A DNA stretch of 64,000 bases from an uncultured Planctomycetales bacterium (GCA_965602635.1 CBFCZU010000001.1:3522-67521); one strand, 5' to 3'. Shown: positions 29,006 through 39,612, counted from the stretch's first letter. Translations and numbers: made by a program. Notes: generated from the letters alone by a model not told the origin.

Positions 29006-31165
29006 ATGGGGCGACGTTGCCTGTGGATTCTCCTGGCGCTGCTTCTTGGGGCTCTCGCGCTGCCGGCGGTCTCCCTGGCGGCCGAGGAGTTCAACGTCAC
29101 GGTCACCGTGGGCTGGGAGAACTACTATCGGCCCATGGAGTGGACCCCGATAGAGATCAACATTGCCAACAGCAAGCTCAAGAAGCCCTTCGGGGGCACG
29201 CTGTTGGTTTCGGCCCAGCAGGACGGCCTCAACAAGCTGACCGTCGGGCGCGAGTTCGTGCTCACCCGCGATAGCCCCGTGGACTGCGCCATGGTGACCA
29301 AGTTCACGTACGGGGTCGCCGATTGCCTGGTGCGGATTCTCAACGCTGGTGGGCGGACGTCCTGGTCCACTGACTTCAGCTTGATGGATTTTTCCAAAGG
29401 CGTCGAGCTGGTGCCGGTGGACGACGACGCGCTGCTTATCGGCGTGGCGGGGAGGATATCCTCCAGCCTGCTGCGCCTGGGAGGCAACAGCGCCTGCGAG
29501 CACGGGAGCGAGCGAGGGAAGGTCCACGTCAAGCGAAAGGTCCTTAACCGCCTGCCCCACGACTGGACCGGCTATGCCGGGCTTGACCTTCTCGTCCTGT
29601 ACGACCCGGACTGGGACACCCTCTCCGTTCACCAGAGCCGGGCGATCGCCCTATGGGTCACCAACGGCGGGAGGCTGCTGATCGTCCTGGGCACGCGTCC
29701 GCTGCCTGCTTCGGGCCCGATAGCGGGGCTGGTCCCGTTCCGCCCGGGTCCGCTGCGGCAGATCAAGATACCCGCTTCCGCCCTGAGCGCGTGGGGCTTC
29801 GGGCGGGCAGTTGCCAACGCCGGCGCGGAAGTGAGCTGCTGGCCCCTCGACGGCGCCGCCAAGGCCGGATGGACCGCCGACGGCGGGAAGAGCAGCTTCT
29901 TTGCTTACGGGCCGGTCGCCTTCGGCAAAGTGGCCGTGCTGGGCTTCGACCCGTACCTGCTTGTCCGGCGAACCGGCCGACCGGCCACGACCGGCAGGCC
30001 GTACCTGGGCGTCCAGCCGGCACGGGCGGCGTCAGAGCTGGCCAGGTTCTGGACGGCGCAGCTCCGACACGTCCTGGGCCCCCGTCAGATCGGCCATCAG
30101 TCAGGCGGGTGGCGCGGAGACCCGGGCTACGGCTACTATGGTGGTTTCGAGCTTGGCCGCGTCGGGCGGGGCTCCAACGCCGTCGTGGGACACCTCATGA
30201 GCATCCCGGAGATGCGCCCGTTGAGCATCTGGTGGGTGATACTCCTGCTGGCCCTGCTGGCGGTGCTGCTGGGGCCGGTGGACTACATCGTCCTGAAGCG
30301 CCTGGGCAAGCTGCCGCTCACGTGGATCACATCGACGGCCCTGATCGCCCTGTTCTCGGTTGGGGCATACTACGGCGTCCAGGCCCTCCGCGCCGGGACG
30401 ATGAAGGTCCGGGTGGTATCGGTCATCGACGCGGTGGAAGGGTCCAAAGCCGTCTGGTCCACGCAGTACGCGGGCATCTTCGCCCCGGCCAGCAAGAACT
30501 ACGGCCTCAGCGGCACCCGCCCCAACGAGTGGTGGTCCGGCATAACCGCGTCCAGGGACGAGCGCTCCTTCTACCGCCCGCGCGAAATCGCCACGAGGCA
30601 AATCTCCTGTCTCCAGGAGGACGGAGGCAACAGGCCCGCGTCCCTGCCCATCAACATATGGACCATGCAGTGCCTGTTGACCGAATCGCCCGAGGAGAAG
30701 CCGCCCTTCTCGGCCAGCGTGGAGCGGGCCGGAGGCGACCTGAAGGTCAGCATCGTCAATCACTCTGACGTTCCCATCCGCAGGGGCTACGTCCGAATGG
30801 ACGGGGATCAGAAGATGGAGTTCGGGTCCGTTGACGCGGGCGGCAAGAAGGCACACCAGGGCCGGCTGTCTCGCGCCAGGGCCTGGGACGACTGCCTCTC
30901 CAGCAGCGAAACCTACGTGACGGGCTATCCGAACGGGCGGGAGGCGTTTCCCTATTTCGAGACCGACTCGGCCTACTTCGCCAGGGGCAGCCTCCGACGG
31001 ACCGGCGCCATCCAGGAATACCTGCGCCGCGGCGCGGCGGTGGTGTGCGTGGAATACCGCGAGGCGCCCGTCTCCTTCGGCGTGGCCGGAAGAACGTGCG
31101 AGTACCACCACGTCCGGTTGGCGAGGATGGTGGTCTTTCCCAAGAGATTAGCCCGCTTGCCGTAG
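29006..31165 (+). CDS. secreted/membrane protein of unknown function (two extracytoplasmic domains around a central TM pair)
   Basis: 719 aa from ATG 29006 (ORF-track start is 28829). Signal peptide MGRRCLWILLALLLGALALPAVSLA; central TM hairpin (…LSIWWVILLLALLAVLLGPV…LIALFSVGAYYGV…); sits between the Bat/MoxR genes and the ABC-2 exporter. Confidence 0.5.
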   Translation: MGRRCLWILLALLLGALALPAVSLAAEEFNVTVTVGWENYYRPMEWTPIEINIANSKLKKPFGGTLLVSAQQDGLNKLTVGREFVLTRDSPVDCAMVTKFTYGVADCLVRILNAGGRTSWSTDFSLMDFSKGVELVPVDDDALLIGVAGRISSSLLRLGGNSACEHGSERGKVHVKRKVLNRLPHDWTGYAGLDLLVLYDPDWDTLSVHQSRAIALWVTNGGRLLIVLGTRPLPASGPIAGLVPFRPGPLRQIKIPASALSAWGFGRAVANAGAEVSCWPLDGAAKAGWTADGGKSSFFAYGPVAFGKVAVLGFDPYLLVRRTGRPATTGRPYLGVQPARAASELARFWTAQLRHVLGPRQIGHQSGGWRGDPGYGYYGGFELGRVGRGSNAVVGHLMSIPEMRPLSIWWVILLLALLAVLLGPVDYIVLKRLGKLPLTWITSTALIALFSVGAYYGVQALRAGTMKVRVVSVIDAVEGSKAVWSTQYAGIFAPASKNYGLSGTRPNEWWSGITASRDERSFYRPREIATRQISCLQEDGGNRPASLPINIWTMQCLLTESPEEKPPFSASVERAGGDLKVSIVNHSDVPIRRGYVRMDGDQKMEFGSVDAGGKKAHQGRLSRARAWDDCLSSSETYVTGYPNGREAFPYFETDSAYFARGSLRRTGAIQEYLRRGAAVVCVEYREAPVSFGVAGRTCEYHHVRLARMVVFPKRLARLP

Positions 31166-31202
31166 GACTGCGTTCGACGGGCGGGCAGCGAGGAGCCGGA
31201 GA

Positions 31203-32129
31203 ATGATTCAGACCAAGGGCTTGACCAAGTACTACGGCACGCTTGGGGCACTTGTGGACCTGGACCTGAACATCGAGGGGGGTGAGATCTTCGGGTACAT
31301 AGGCCCCAACGGCGCGGGCAAGACCACCACCATGCGAATCCTGGCGACGCTGCTGGAGCCCACCAGCGGCACGGCCACCATCGACGGCAAGCTGGTCACC
31401 CGGGAGGGCAAGCGCGTCCGCAAGGTCGTCGGATACATGCCCGACTTCATGGGCGTGTACGACGACCTGAAGGTCTTCGAGTACCTGGAGTTCTTTGCCG
31501 CGGCCTTTGGCGTGCACCGCTCCAAGCGCAGGGGTGTCGTCGAGGGTGTGCTGGAGCTGACCGACTTGCAGTCCAAGGCCGCATTCAGGGTGGATAGCCT
31601 CTCACGCGGCATGCAGCAGCGACTGGGGCTGGCGCGGGTGCTCATCCACGACCCCAAGGTGCTGATCCTGGACGAGCCGGCCAGCGGGCTGGACCCCCGG
31701 GCGAGAATCGAAATCCGCGAGCTGCTCCGCGAGCTGAAGCGCATGGGCAAGACCATCATGATCTCCAGCCACATACTCAGCGAGCTGGAGGAAATGTGCG
31801 ACCGGGTGGGGATCATCGAGCAGGGCAAGATGGTCTTCAGCGGCACGCTGGACGACGTTCGCGAGCGCATGGGAGTTCATCGCAAGGTCCGCCTGCGTGT
31901 GGCCGGGGACGAGGAAAAGGCGGTCAAGCTCCTCTCGGCCCTGCCGGCGGTCGAGTCGGTCGAACGCCTCGAGGACGCCATCTTGGTGACCCTGGGCGAC
32001 AGCGGCGCCGAGGCGGGCCTCATCGCCCGGACGCTGGTCCAGGGCGGCGTGGCCGTGGCTGAACTGGTGCCCGAGAAGCTCAAACTGGACGAGGCATTCC
32101 TGCAACTGACAGAAGGGCTGGTGCACTAG
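31203..32129 (+). CDS. ABC transporter ATP-binding protein (ABC-2 exporter type)
   Basis: 308 aa; Walker A GPNGAGKTT, ABC signature LSRGMQQRLGLA, Walker B LILDEP. Confidence 0.9.
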   Translation: MIQTKGLTKYYGTLGALVDLDLNIEGGEIFGYIGPNGAGKTTTMRILATLLEPTSGTATIDGKLVTREGKRVRKVVGYMPDFMGVYDDLKVFEYLEFFAAAFGVHRSKRRGVVEGVLELTDLQSKAAFRVDSLSRGMQQRLGLARVLIHDPKVLILDEPASGLDPRARIEIRELLRELKRMGKTIMISSHILSELEEMCDRVGIIEQGKMVFSGTLDDVRERMGVHRKVRLRVAGDEEKAVKLLSALPAVESVERLEDAILVTLGDSGAEAGLIARTLVQGGVAVAELVPEKLKLDEAFLQLTEGLVH

Positions 32130-32132
32130 CCC

Positions 32133-32313
32133 GGATGTTGCACGATGCGCGTGCAACATCCGCCCCGCGGGCTTCGACGCGAGCGACTTACGTCGCTCTT
32201 GCTCGGGGCCAGCCTTGAGCGAGGCGCGAAGCGCCGAGTCGAAACCTTTGCGAGAGAACCGTCTCTCGCAAAGGCGCTTATTGCATAGACCCGGAAGGGG
32301 TCATGCAATAAGC
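32133..32313 (+). repeat. cluster of perfect hairpins in the ABC ATPase-permease spacer
   Basis: Seen directly: a 12-bp stem at 32133-32161 (ggatgttgcacg/cgtgcaacatcc); GAGCGAC/GTCGCTC at ~32181-32199; a 12-bp stem at 32246-32273 (ctttgcgagaga/tctctcgcaaag); and a nested 11+5 bp stem at 32276-32313 (gcttattgcat…gaccc ggaa ggggtc…atgcaataagc). Confidence 0.6.
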
Positions 32314-32346
32314 AGACTAGCGCTGCGGCGCTGGTCTGGTGGAAAC

Positions 32347-34128
32347 ATGGCGGCAGAGCTTGCCAGGACGTTGCTGCGACTGATCAACCCGGGTTCGATC
32401 ACCGGGCCGATCTTCGGCAAGGAGCTGCGCGTCTCCAGCCGGCGGAAGCGGAACTACGTTGTGCGCACCGCTTACGTGGCCCTGATGGCGCTGTTCATTA
32501 TCTTTACCTGGATGATGTCGATGGATGAGATAGGCTCGGCTTGGTCCAGGGTCCAGATGGCCCGGGTCGGCAGGTTCATCGTCGCCGCCATCGTCTTGTT
32601 CCAGTTCTGCGCCACCCAACTGATCGTGGTGTGCATGTTCTCCACGGCGATCAGCGACGAGATATACCGCCGCACGCTGGGCCTGCTGATGACCACGCCC
32701 ATCAACAGCTTCCAGATAATCATGGGCAAGCTCTTCAGCAAGCTGCTCCAGTTGCTGATCCTGCTGGCGATCAGCCTGCCGATGCTGGCGGTGGTGCGCG
32801 TCTTTGGCGGGGTGCCCTGGGAGTTCGTCGTCGCGGCCCTGTGCGTGACGGTCACCGCCGCGGTCTTCGCCGGGTCGGTCAGCATGTTCTTCTCCATCGG
32901 CAACCGCCGGGCCTACGTCGCCATCCTCAAGGCCATCTTCACTCTGCTGGCCCTGTTCCTGGTGGTTCCTTTCGTGACGGAGGCACTGTGGCGGCCTCGT
33001 CCGCAATGGCTGTCGATGGTGCTCACCTACGCCAACCCCTGGGGTGCGATGGCGAGGGTGTTTAGGAACTTCGTGTCGCCGTTCCCGGCGGCGCTCAGTT
33101 GGCAGGTGCACTGTCTGGTCATGCTGGGTGCCTCGGGGGCGGTGCTGGCAGTGTGCACGGCCGTGGTGCGCAAGGTCGGCCTGCGCCAGGCCACCAGCGA
33201 GGCGGGCCTGTTCGTGCGCCGCAGACAGCGCAGGCCCAAAGCCGCTGTCGCCGGCGGGGAGCAGGCGGCCGGACGCATCCGCCGCGTCCGGGGCTCGCCG
33301 GTCGTCTGGCGGGAGCTCCGCACGCCTATGTACCGAAGCAGGCTCAAGGGGATCATCGGCGCGGGCATGGTCATTGGCGGCCTGGGGGCGACATACCTGG
33401 CCTGCGCAGAGAGCCTCGACGCGGGAGTGACGCACTTGGTCTATGCGATCATCTTCATCGGCATCGGCGGCGTGGCCACGGCCGTGCTGTCCGCCACAAG
33501 CATAACCTCCGAGAAAGAGGCCCGAACCCTCCCCATACTGCTGGGCACGCCGCTGAGCGACCTGCACCTCATCGCCGGAAAGGCCATGGGCGTCTTCCGC
33601 CGATGCGTGCCCGTCTGGCTGCTGCTGGGCGGGCACATGCTGCTGTTCACGATACTGGGGTTCGTGCACCCCATCGTCCTGGTCCACCTTGCCATGCTGG
33701 TTGTGTGGCTTGTCCTCTTCCTGACCGGCACGGGAATGTATTTCAGCGCCCGCCTGCGGCGAACGACCGCGGCGGTGATGGCCAACCTCGGCCTGGGGCT
33801 GGCGCTGTGGGCCGTCCTGCCAATACTGCTGGGCCTGACGATGGCACTGTCCAAGGGCGATTCTGACTACATTAACATCGTTTTCTGCGCCAACCCGGTC
33901 GTCCAGGGGACCGTGGTTACCATCGCCGGTGCCGGCGAGGACCAAGCCTCTGAGTCGATCGAGGGCCTGGAGTACCACTGGCCCGATGATTCGGTGGGGC
34001 CCTACGCCGGCGCCCCCGGGGCGGGCGACACTACCGCCCGAATGTTCGTGAGCATCCTCGGCTACGGACTGGTGGGACTTGCCTTCGCCCTTCGGGCAAA
34101 GGCTCACCTCAGGCGGAAGCTCTTCTGA
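32347..34128 (+). CDS. ABC-2 family permease, duplicated/fused (about 12 TM)
   Basis: 594 aa from ATG 32347 (ORF-track start is 32215); two consecutive blocks of hydrophobic helices typical of ABC-2/NosY/GldF-like permeases. Confidence 0.7.
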   Translation: MAAELARTLLRLINPGSITGPIFGKELRVSSRRKRNYVVRTAYVALMALFIIFTWMMSMDEIGSAWSRVQMARVGRFIVAAIVLFQFCATQLIVVCMFSTAISDEIYRRTLGLLMTTPINSFQIIMGKLFSKLLQLLILLAISLPMLAVVRVFGGVPWEFVVAALCVTVTAAVFAGSVSMFFSIGNRRAYVAILKAIFTLLALFLVVPFVTEALWRPRPQWLSMVLTYANPWGAMARVFRNFVSPFPAALSWQVHCLVMLGASGAVLAVCTAVVRKVGLRQATSEAGLFVRRRQRRPKAAVAGGEQAAGRIRRVRGSPVVWRELRTPMYRSRLKGIIGAGMVIGGLGATYLACAESLDAGVTHLVYAIIFIGIGGVATAVLSATSITSEKEARTLPILLGTPLSDLHLIAGKAMGVFRRCVPVWLLLGGHMLLFTILGFVHPIVLVHLAMLVVWLVLFLTGTGMYFSARLRRTTAAVMANLGLGLALWAVLPILLGLTMALSKGDSDYINIVFCANPVVQGTVVTIAGAGEDQASESIEGLEYHWPDDSVGPYAGAPGAGDTTARMFVSILGYGLVGLAFALRAKAHLRRKLF

Positions 34129-34216
34129 CGGCCGCGCCTCCCTCATTTGCCCTTTCGGGCCTTGCCTGCTGCGCTTCCCTCGATTACAAGCCGGGGGCCG
34201 CGGTTCATGAACGCTG

Positions 34217-35410
34217 GTGGGAGTGCGTTGGTTGAAGAACATCGCCAGGCTTTCGGCCAGGCGGTCGCTTCGCGTGGCGGGGCTGATGTCAGGCACCTCG
34301 GCCGACGGGGTGGACGTGGCCCTGGTGGACACCGGCCCCGCGAGCGTGAAGCTGCTGGCCTTTGAGACGTTCCCCTACCGGCCGGTGGTCCGTCGGGCGA
34401 TTCTCGATCTCTGCGGGCAGGCGGCCCGGGCCGCCGACGTGTCCAGCCTGAACTTCCTGCTGGGCGAGGTATTCGCCTCGGCCGTGGTCGCCCTCGCGAG
34501 GCGCAGCGGCATTGACCTCAAGTCCATCGACCTGGTCGGCTCCCACGGGCAGACGGTCTGCCACCTCCCCGAAGGCCGCCGCCTGGCCGGGCGGCGGGTC
34601 CGCTCGACGCTCCAGATTGGCGAGCCGTGCGTGATCGCCGAGCGGACGGGCATCGCCACCGTGGCGGACTTCCGCCCGCGCGACGTTGCCGCCGGAGGCG
34701 AGGGCGCGCCGCTCGTGCCCTGCGCCGACTTCATGCTCTTCGCGGACTCCCGCCTCAACCGGGCCGTGCAGAACATCGGCGGCATCGCCAACGTCACCTT
34801 CCTGCCCGGCGGCTGCAAGATAGAGCAGGTCGTCGCCTTCGACACCGGGCCCGGAAACATGATCATCGACCGTGCGGCGGCTCGTCTAACCCGGGGGAAG
34901 CGGCGTTTCGACCGCGGCGGCAGGCTGGCGGCGGCGGGGGAGGTCAATAAGCCGCTGCTGGCCGAGCTGATGAGGCACCGGTTCCTGCGCCGTCGCCCGC
35001 CCAAGTCCACGGGCAGGGAGGAATTCGGCTGGGCGTTCGCCGACGATCTCTACCGCCGCGCCCGCCGCCGGCGGATCGCCCCGCGCGACATCCTGGCGAC
35101 GGTGACGGCCTTCACCGCCGCCAGCATCGCCGAGGCGTACCGCCGCTTCCTGCGCGGCGAGGTGCACGAGGTGATCCTCTGCGGGGGCGGGGCGCGGAAC
35201 CCGACGCTGGCAAGAATGTTGCGGGAGCGTCTGCATCCGGCGAAAGTCAGGATGTGCGATGAGTTCGGCATCAGCGCCGACGCGAAGGAGGCCGTCTCCT
35301 TCGCCGTCCTCGCGGCAGCGACGGTCCGCGGCCAGGCCGGCAACGTCCCAGCCGCCACGGGCGCGCGCAGGCCCGTCGTGCTCGGCAAGATCATCCCGGC
35401 AGGAACATGA
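34217..35410 (+). CDS. anmK: anhydro-N-acetylmuramic acid kinase
   Basis: AnmK N-terminal motif …GLMSGTSADGVDVALV… plus the conserved kinase fold blocks. The start codon (34217 versus a downstream alternative) is uncertain. Confidence 0.8.
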   Translation: MGVRWLKNIARLSARRSLRVAGLMSGTSADGVDVALVDTGPASVKLLAFETFPYRPVVRRAILDLCGQAARAADVSSLNFLLGEVFASAVVALARRSGIDLKSIDLVGSHGQTVCHLPEGRRLAGRRVRSTLQIGEPCVIAERTGIATVADFRPRDVAAGGEGAPLVPCADFMLFADSRLNRAVQNIGGIANVTFLPGGCKIEQVVAFDTGPGNMIIDRAAARLTRGKRRFDRGGRLAAAGEVNKPLLAELMRHRFLRRRPPKSTGREEFGWAFADDLYRRARRRRIAPRDILATVTAFTAASIAEAYRRFLRGEVHEVILCGGGARNPTLARMLRERLHPAKVRMCDEFGISADAKEAVSFAVLAAATVRGQAGNVPAATGARRPVVLGKIIPAGT

Positions 35411-36351
35411 AAGACCGATCGAAGCTGACGACTGAGAAGCCCAACCCCCGCAGCCGCTCCATCGACCGGCGCTCGGCGCTTGAGATCGTGGACATCATCA
35501 ATGCCGAGGACGCCAAGGTCGCCCCGGCGGTGGGGCGGCAGCGGCGGCAGATCGCCGCGGCCGTGGTGATTGTCGTCGAGGCGTTCGGGCGCGGCGGGCG
35601 GCTGTTCTACGTCGGGGCGGGCACCAGCGGGCGGCTGGGAGTGCTCGACGCGGCCGAGTGCCCGCCGACCTTCGGCACCAGGCCCGCGCAAGTCCAGGGC
35701 GTCATCGCCGGCGGGCGGCGGGCGCTGGTCCGCGCCGTCGAGGGGGCTGAAGACTCCGCGCCCGACGGGGCCGAAGCCTTGGACAAGTGCGGCGTGACGG
35801 CCAGGGACGTGATCGTGGGCATCGCCGCCTGCGGGCTGACTCCCTACGTCCGCGGCGCCATGCGCCGGGCAAGGCGGATCGGAGCCGCCACCGTGTTCAT
35901 CACCTGCGCGCCCCAGGGCCGCCAGGGCGTCCGCGCCGACGTAATCATAAACCCGGTCGTCGGGCCGGAGGTCGTCGCCGGCTCTACGCGGATGAAGGCC
36001 GGCACCGCCACTAAGCTGGTCCTCAACACACTCACCACCGCCGCGATGATCAGGACGGGCAAGGTGTACGGCAACCTGATGGTGGACCTCCGCCCGGGCA
36101 GCGCCAAGCTCCGCGAGCGGTCGGAGCGGATCGTCATGAGCGTGACGGGCTTGGCTCGCCGCCCGGCCAGGCGGCTGCTGGACCGCGCCCGAGGCCACGT
36201 AAAGATCGCCCTGCTGATGCACCTGCGGGGGCTGGAGTTCACACCCGCCGGGAAACTGCTGAAATGCTGCGGAGGTTCGCTGCGTCAGGCCGTCCGGGAC
36301 GCGCCCGCCAAGCGCAGCCGCTCTGGGCCCGAGATACGGGAGGTGACCTGA
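35407..36351 (+). CDS. murQ: N-acetylmuramic acid 6-phosphate etherase
   Basis: 314 aa; SIS-domain motifs …LFYVGAGTSGRLGVLDA…, …GSTRMKAGTATKL…; overlaps the anmK stop (ATGA). Confidence 0.85.
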   Translation: MKDRSKLTTEKPNPRSRSIDRRSALEIVDIINAEDAKVAPAVGRQRRQIAAAVVIVVEAFGRGGRLFYVGAGTSGRLGVLDAAECPPTFGTRPAQVQGVIAGGRRALVRAVEGAEDSAPDGAEALDKCGVTARDVIVGIAACGLTPYVRGAMRRARRIGAATVFITCAPQGRQGVRADVIINPVVGPEVVAGSTRMKAGTATKLVLNTLTTAAMIRTGKVYGNLMVDLRPGSAKLRERSERIVMSVTGLARRPARRLLDRARGHVKIALLMHLRGLEFTPAGKLLKCCGGSLRQAVRDAPAKRSRSGPEIREVT

Positions 36352-36352
36352 G

Positions 36353-38116
36353 TTGGCCGTCGTTGACTGGGTCATCGTCGCGGCGTACCTCGCCTTCGCA
36401 ATGGCGGTGGGGCTGTTCTTTGCCCGTCGGGCGGGCAAGAGCACTAGCGAGTTCTTCATCTCCGGCCGGAACCTGCCCTGGTGGCTGGCGGGAACCTCCA
36501 TGGTGGCCACGTCCTTCGCCGCCGACACGCCGCTGGTGGTCAGCGGCTGGGTCCGCGACGAGGGCATCAGCTTCAACTGGCTGTGGTGGTCCTTCGCCAT
36601 CGGGGGCATGTTCAGCGTGTTTCTGCTGTCGCGCCTCTGGCGCCGGGCGGAGGTGGTCACCGACGTGGAGCTGAGCGAGCTTCGCTACGGCGGCCGGCCG
36701 GCGGCCGTGCTGAGGGCCGCACGCGGGGCCTACATGGCCATACCCGTGAACTGCATCACCCTGGCGTGGGTGATACTGGCGATGGCCAAGCTGATGAACG
36801 TGCTGCTCGACATCGACCCTGGCCTGTCTGTGGCCATCTGCCTCGTGCTGACAGTGGCGTACGCGGTCCTGTCGGGCTTCTGGGGAGTGGTGGTCACCGA
36901 CCTGCTGCAATTCGTTCTGGCGATGGCCGGAGCGATAGGCCTGTGCGTGGTGACGGTAAGCAGGCTCGGCGGTCTGGCGGCCTTGCGGGCCAAAGCCGAG
37001 GCCGCAAGCCCGATGGGAGAGAGGCTCACGCACTTTTTCCCCAGGCCGCCGGCCGGGACCGGGCCCCTCCAGGCGGAGTTCTGGTCCGCGCCCATCTTCG
37101 CCTTCGCGGTGTTCATCTTCGTGCAGTGGTGGGCAAACAAGAACGCCGACGGCGGCGGAGTCGTCGTGCAGCGCATGTCCGCCGCAAAGGACGAAAGGCA
37201 TTCGCTGCTGGCGACACTGTGGTTCAACATCGCTAACTACGCCCTCCGCCCATGGCCGTGGATACTCGTGGCGCTCGGATCGGTCGTGCTCTTCCCCGAA
37301 GTCAAGGGCGAGGATGCGTATCCTCGCATGATCAAGGAACTCGCCGTGCCCGGGCTGATGGGAGTGATGATCGCCTCCTTCCTCGGAGCGTTCATGTCCA
37401 CCGTGGACACGCACCTGAACCTCTCTGCCGCGTACATCGTCAACGACGTTTACAGGCGGATGATCCGCAGGGACGCGTCGGATAAGCACTACGTGCTGGT
37501 CTCGCGAGTCGCCTCGGTGGGCTTCATGCTCCTGGCGGGCGCGATCGCCCGGGGTAGCGATTCCATCTCCGGGCTGTTCGTTTTCCTGCTGGCCTTTACC
37601 TCCGGGATCGGGCTGGTGCTGATCCTGCGCTGGTTCTGGTGGCGGATCAACGCCTGGTCGGAGCTTTCGGCCATGATCGCCTCGGCGGTGATAGCCAGCG
37701 GGCTCTATGTGCTGAAGGGCTACGTATACCCCGAGCAGCTTGGTTGGCTGACCAAGCAGCACATTCTGGCGATTACGGTCGCCGGCTCGACGGTCGTCTG
37801 GGTGGCAGTGACGTTCCTGACCGCCCCGGTGGCCGAGGAGAAGCTGGTGGCGTTCTACCGGAAGGTGCGGCCGTACGGGGCCTGGGGCCGCGTCGCCGCT
37901 GCCAGCGGCGTAACGCCGCCCAAGGGGCTGGGGCGGATGCTCACAAGCTGGCTGGCCGGGTCGGTCATGGTGCTGGCCGCGACGTTCGCCGCCGGCAAGT
38001 TCCTGCTCGCCTCGCCGGGCGAGGGGTGCGTGTACCTCACCCTGGCAGCCGGTGGGGCAGTCGTCGTCTGGCTGGACCTCCGCGGGCAGGGCAAGGGACC
38101 CGTCGCCGGGGGGTAG
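36353..38116 (+). CDS. sodium:solute symporter (SSS) family transporter
   Basis: 587 aa; TTG start with GGAGGTGA RBS immediately after murQ; SSS N-terminal motif …ISGRNLPWWLAGTSMVATSFAADT…; 13-14 TM helices. Likely imports (anhydro-)MurNAc for the operon. Confidence 0.75.
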   Translation: MAVVDWVIVAAYLAFAMAVGLFFARRAGKSTSEFFISGRNLPWWLAGTSMVATSFAADTPLVVSGWVRDEGISFNWLWWSFAIGGMFSVFLLSRLWRRAEVVTDVELSELRYGGRPAAVLRAARGAYMAIPVNCITLAWVILAMAKLMNVLLDIDPGLSVAICLVLTVAYAVLSGFWGVVVTDLLQFVLAMAGAIGLCVVTVSRLGGLAALRAKAEAASPMGERLTHFFPRPPAGTGPLQAEFWSAPIFAFAVFIFVQWWANKNADGGGVVVQRMSAAKDERHSLLATLWFNIANYALRPWPWILVALGSVVLFPEVKGEDAYPRMIKELAVPGLMGVMIASFLGAFMSTVDTHLNLSAAYIVNDVYRRMIRRDASDKHYVLVSRVASVGFMLLAGAIARGSDSISGLFVFLLAFTSGIGLVLILRWFWWRINAWSELSAMIASAVIASGLYVLKGYVYPEQLGWLTKQHILAITVAGSTVVWVAVTFLTAPVAEEKLVAFYRKVRPYGAWGRVAAASGVTPPKGLGRMLTSWLAGSVMVLAATFAAGKFLLASPGEGCVYLTLAAGGAVVVWLDLRGQGKGPVAGG

Positions 38117-38194
38117 GTGGTGCTGTCGGCGGCGTGTCGTCAGCCCTTGCAGAACGCGGCCAGATGTGTTATACGATCGTGCAGCTAATCCCAG

Positions 38195-38268
<74 letters not shown>

Positions 38269-38277
38269 TTTCCGCAA

Positions 38278-38305
38278 GTCCCTGTCAGTCAGGGACTTTC
38301 TCTTT
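38278..38305 (+). terminator. rho-independent terminator after tRNA-Arg
   Basis: GTCCCTG-tcagt-CAGGGAC (7-bp stem) followed by TTTCTCTTT. Confidence 0.6.
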
Positions 38306-38315
38306 GGGCCGGCAG

Positions 38316-39612
38316 CTGTCCTTCCCGAAAACCTCATCCGCACAGGAAGCAACGGCCTTGCGGGCTTGACTGTGGGGCCGGCGGGGATGATCGGCGCGTG
38401 ATCGGAGTGGTCGGCGATGCCGGGGGCGCTTGAGCATGGCCAAATCTGGGCATGGCGCATGGTTCTCTCGTGTGCCAGACGGGACAGGATTGATGCGGGT
38501 CCGCTACGCCGCTCTCGTGTAGCGGTGGTGCAGACCACCGAGATACGCCTTGGCTACGACCTTGCCCTGCGCCGGCGGGCAGACAGGCCGAGTAAACGGC
38601 GAGTTGCGTTCCAGCGACAGGTGCAACCGCGCCTCGTGATAATAGGTGAAGAATTCGGACAGCGTGCGGCGTAGATGATCCTCGTTCAGCACGATCAGGT
38701 GGTCCAGGCATTCACGGCGGATGGATCCGATCAGACGTTCCACGTAGGGATTCTGCCAAGGAGCCCGTGGCGCAATGAGCACTTCCTCGATCCCCATGTG
38801 CTCCACCCGGTCACGGAAGTCCTGGCCGTAGATGCCGTCGCGGTCGCGAAGCAGAAAACGAGGAACTTGGTCGTAAGGAAATGCCTCTACGATCTGCTGA
38901 GCAGCCCACTGGGCGGTGGGGTTGGCCGTCACGTTGAAGTGGACCGCTTGGCGGCGATCATGCCGCAGGATGAGGAAGACGTACAGCACGCGGAACGTCA
39001 CCGTCGGAACCGTGAAGAAGTCGACGGCCGCGATCTGGCGGGCGTGATTCTTCAGGAAGGTTCGCCAGTTCTGGGAAGGCGCCTTGGGCTGTCGGATCAT
39101 GTACTTGGCGACCGTGGATTCGGCCACCGCGTGGCCCAGCAGAAGCAACTCGGATAGAATCCGCGGGGTGCCCCACATCGGGTTCTCGCGAGACATGCTG
39201 ACCTTCTCCACGAATGGTGGGCGCGGAGCTTGTGGTTATCCGGTCATGCTTTCGAACTCGGCGGGGCTGACGTAGCCCAGCGTCTCGGGCTGGACAAGGG
39301 CCAGCGCTGACCGCCAACCTGACCAGAGCCTCGACAGCCAGACCCAGAAGATCCGGTCCCGCGTGCGGAGTTTGGGGCGCTTGACGGAGCGCTGGAGCAC
39401 AGCGATCTAGCGCCGCAGGGCCAGGTTCTCGGCCATTAGTGCGGCACGACCGGCAAAGAAGCCTCGAACGAACAACCACACTGCCTGAAGAACGGCCATC
39501 CCTGAACCTCCGTTGCCGAGATAAACAGCCGGATCCTACGGCCGATGAGGCTCTGCGGCAACGGTGCAAGCCCTTCACCTGCAAGGTGGACGGAGTTTTC
39601 GGGAGGGACAGG
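38316..39612 (-). mobile_element. defective IS481-family insertion sequence (~1.3 kb) with ~20-bp imperfect terminal inverted repeats
   Basis: Right end ctgtccttcccgaaaacctc (38316-38335) matches the reverse complement of the left end (…ggagttttcgggagggacagg ending at 39612), about 17/20. It contains the transposase pseudogene below. It lies 10 bp past the tRNA-Arg terminator. Confidence 0.6.
38504..39436 (-). pseudogene. IS481-family DDE (rve) transposase, disrupted by two in-frame stop codons
   Basis: One reading frame from ATG 39436 to stop 38504: MAENLALRR-TAG-IAVLQRSVKRPKLRTRDRIFWVWLSRLWSGWRSALALVQPETLGYVSPAEFESMTG-TAA-PQAPRPPFVEKVSMSRENPMWGTPRILSELLLLGHAVAESTV… rve core …LGGLHHRYTRAA*. 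The segment between …LVQPE and SRENPMWG looks internally deleted or rearranged. Confidence 0.65.
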
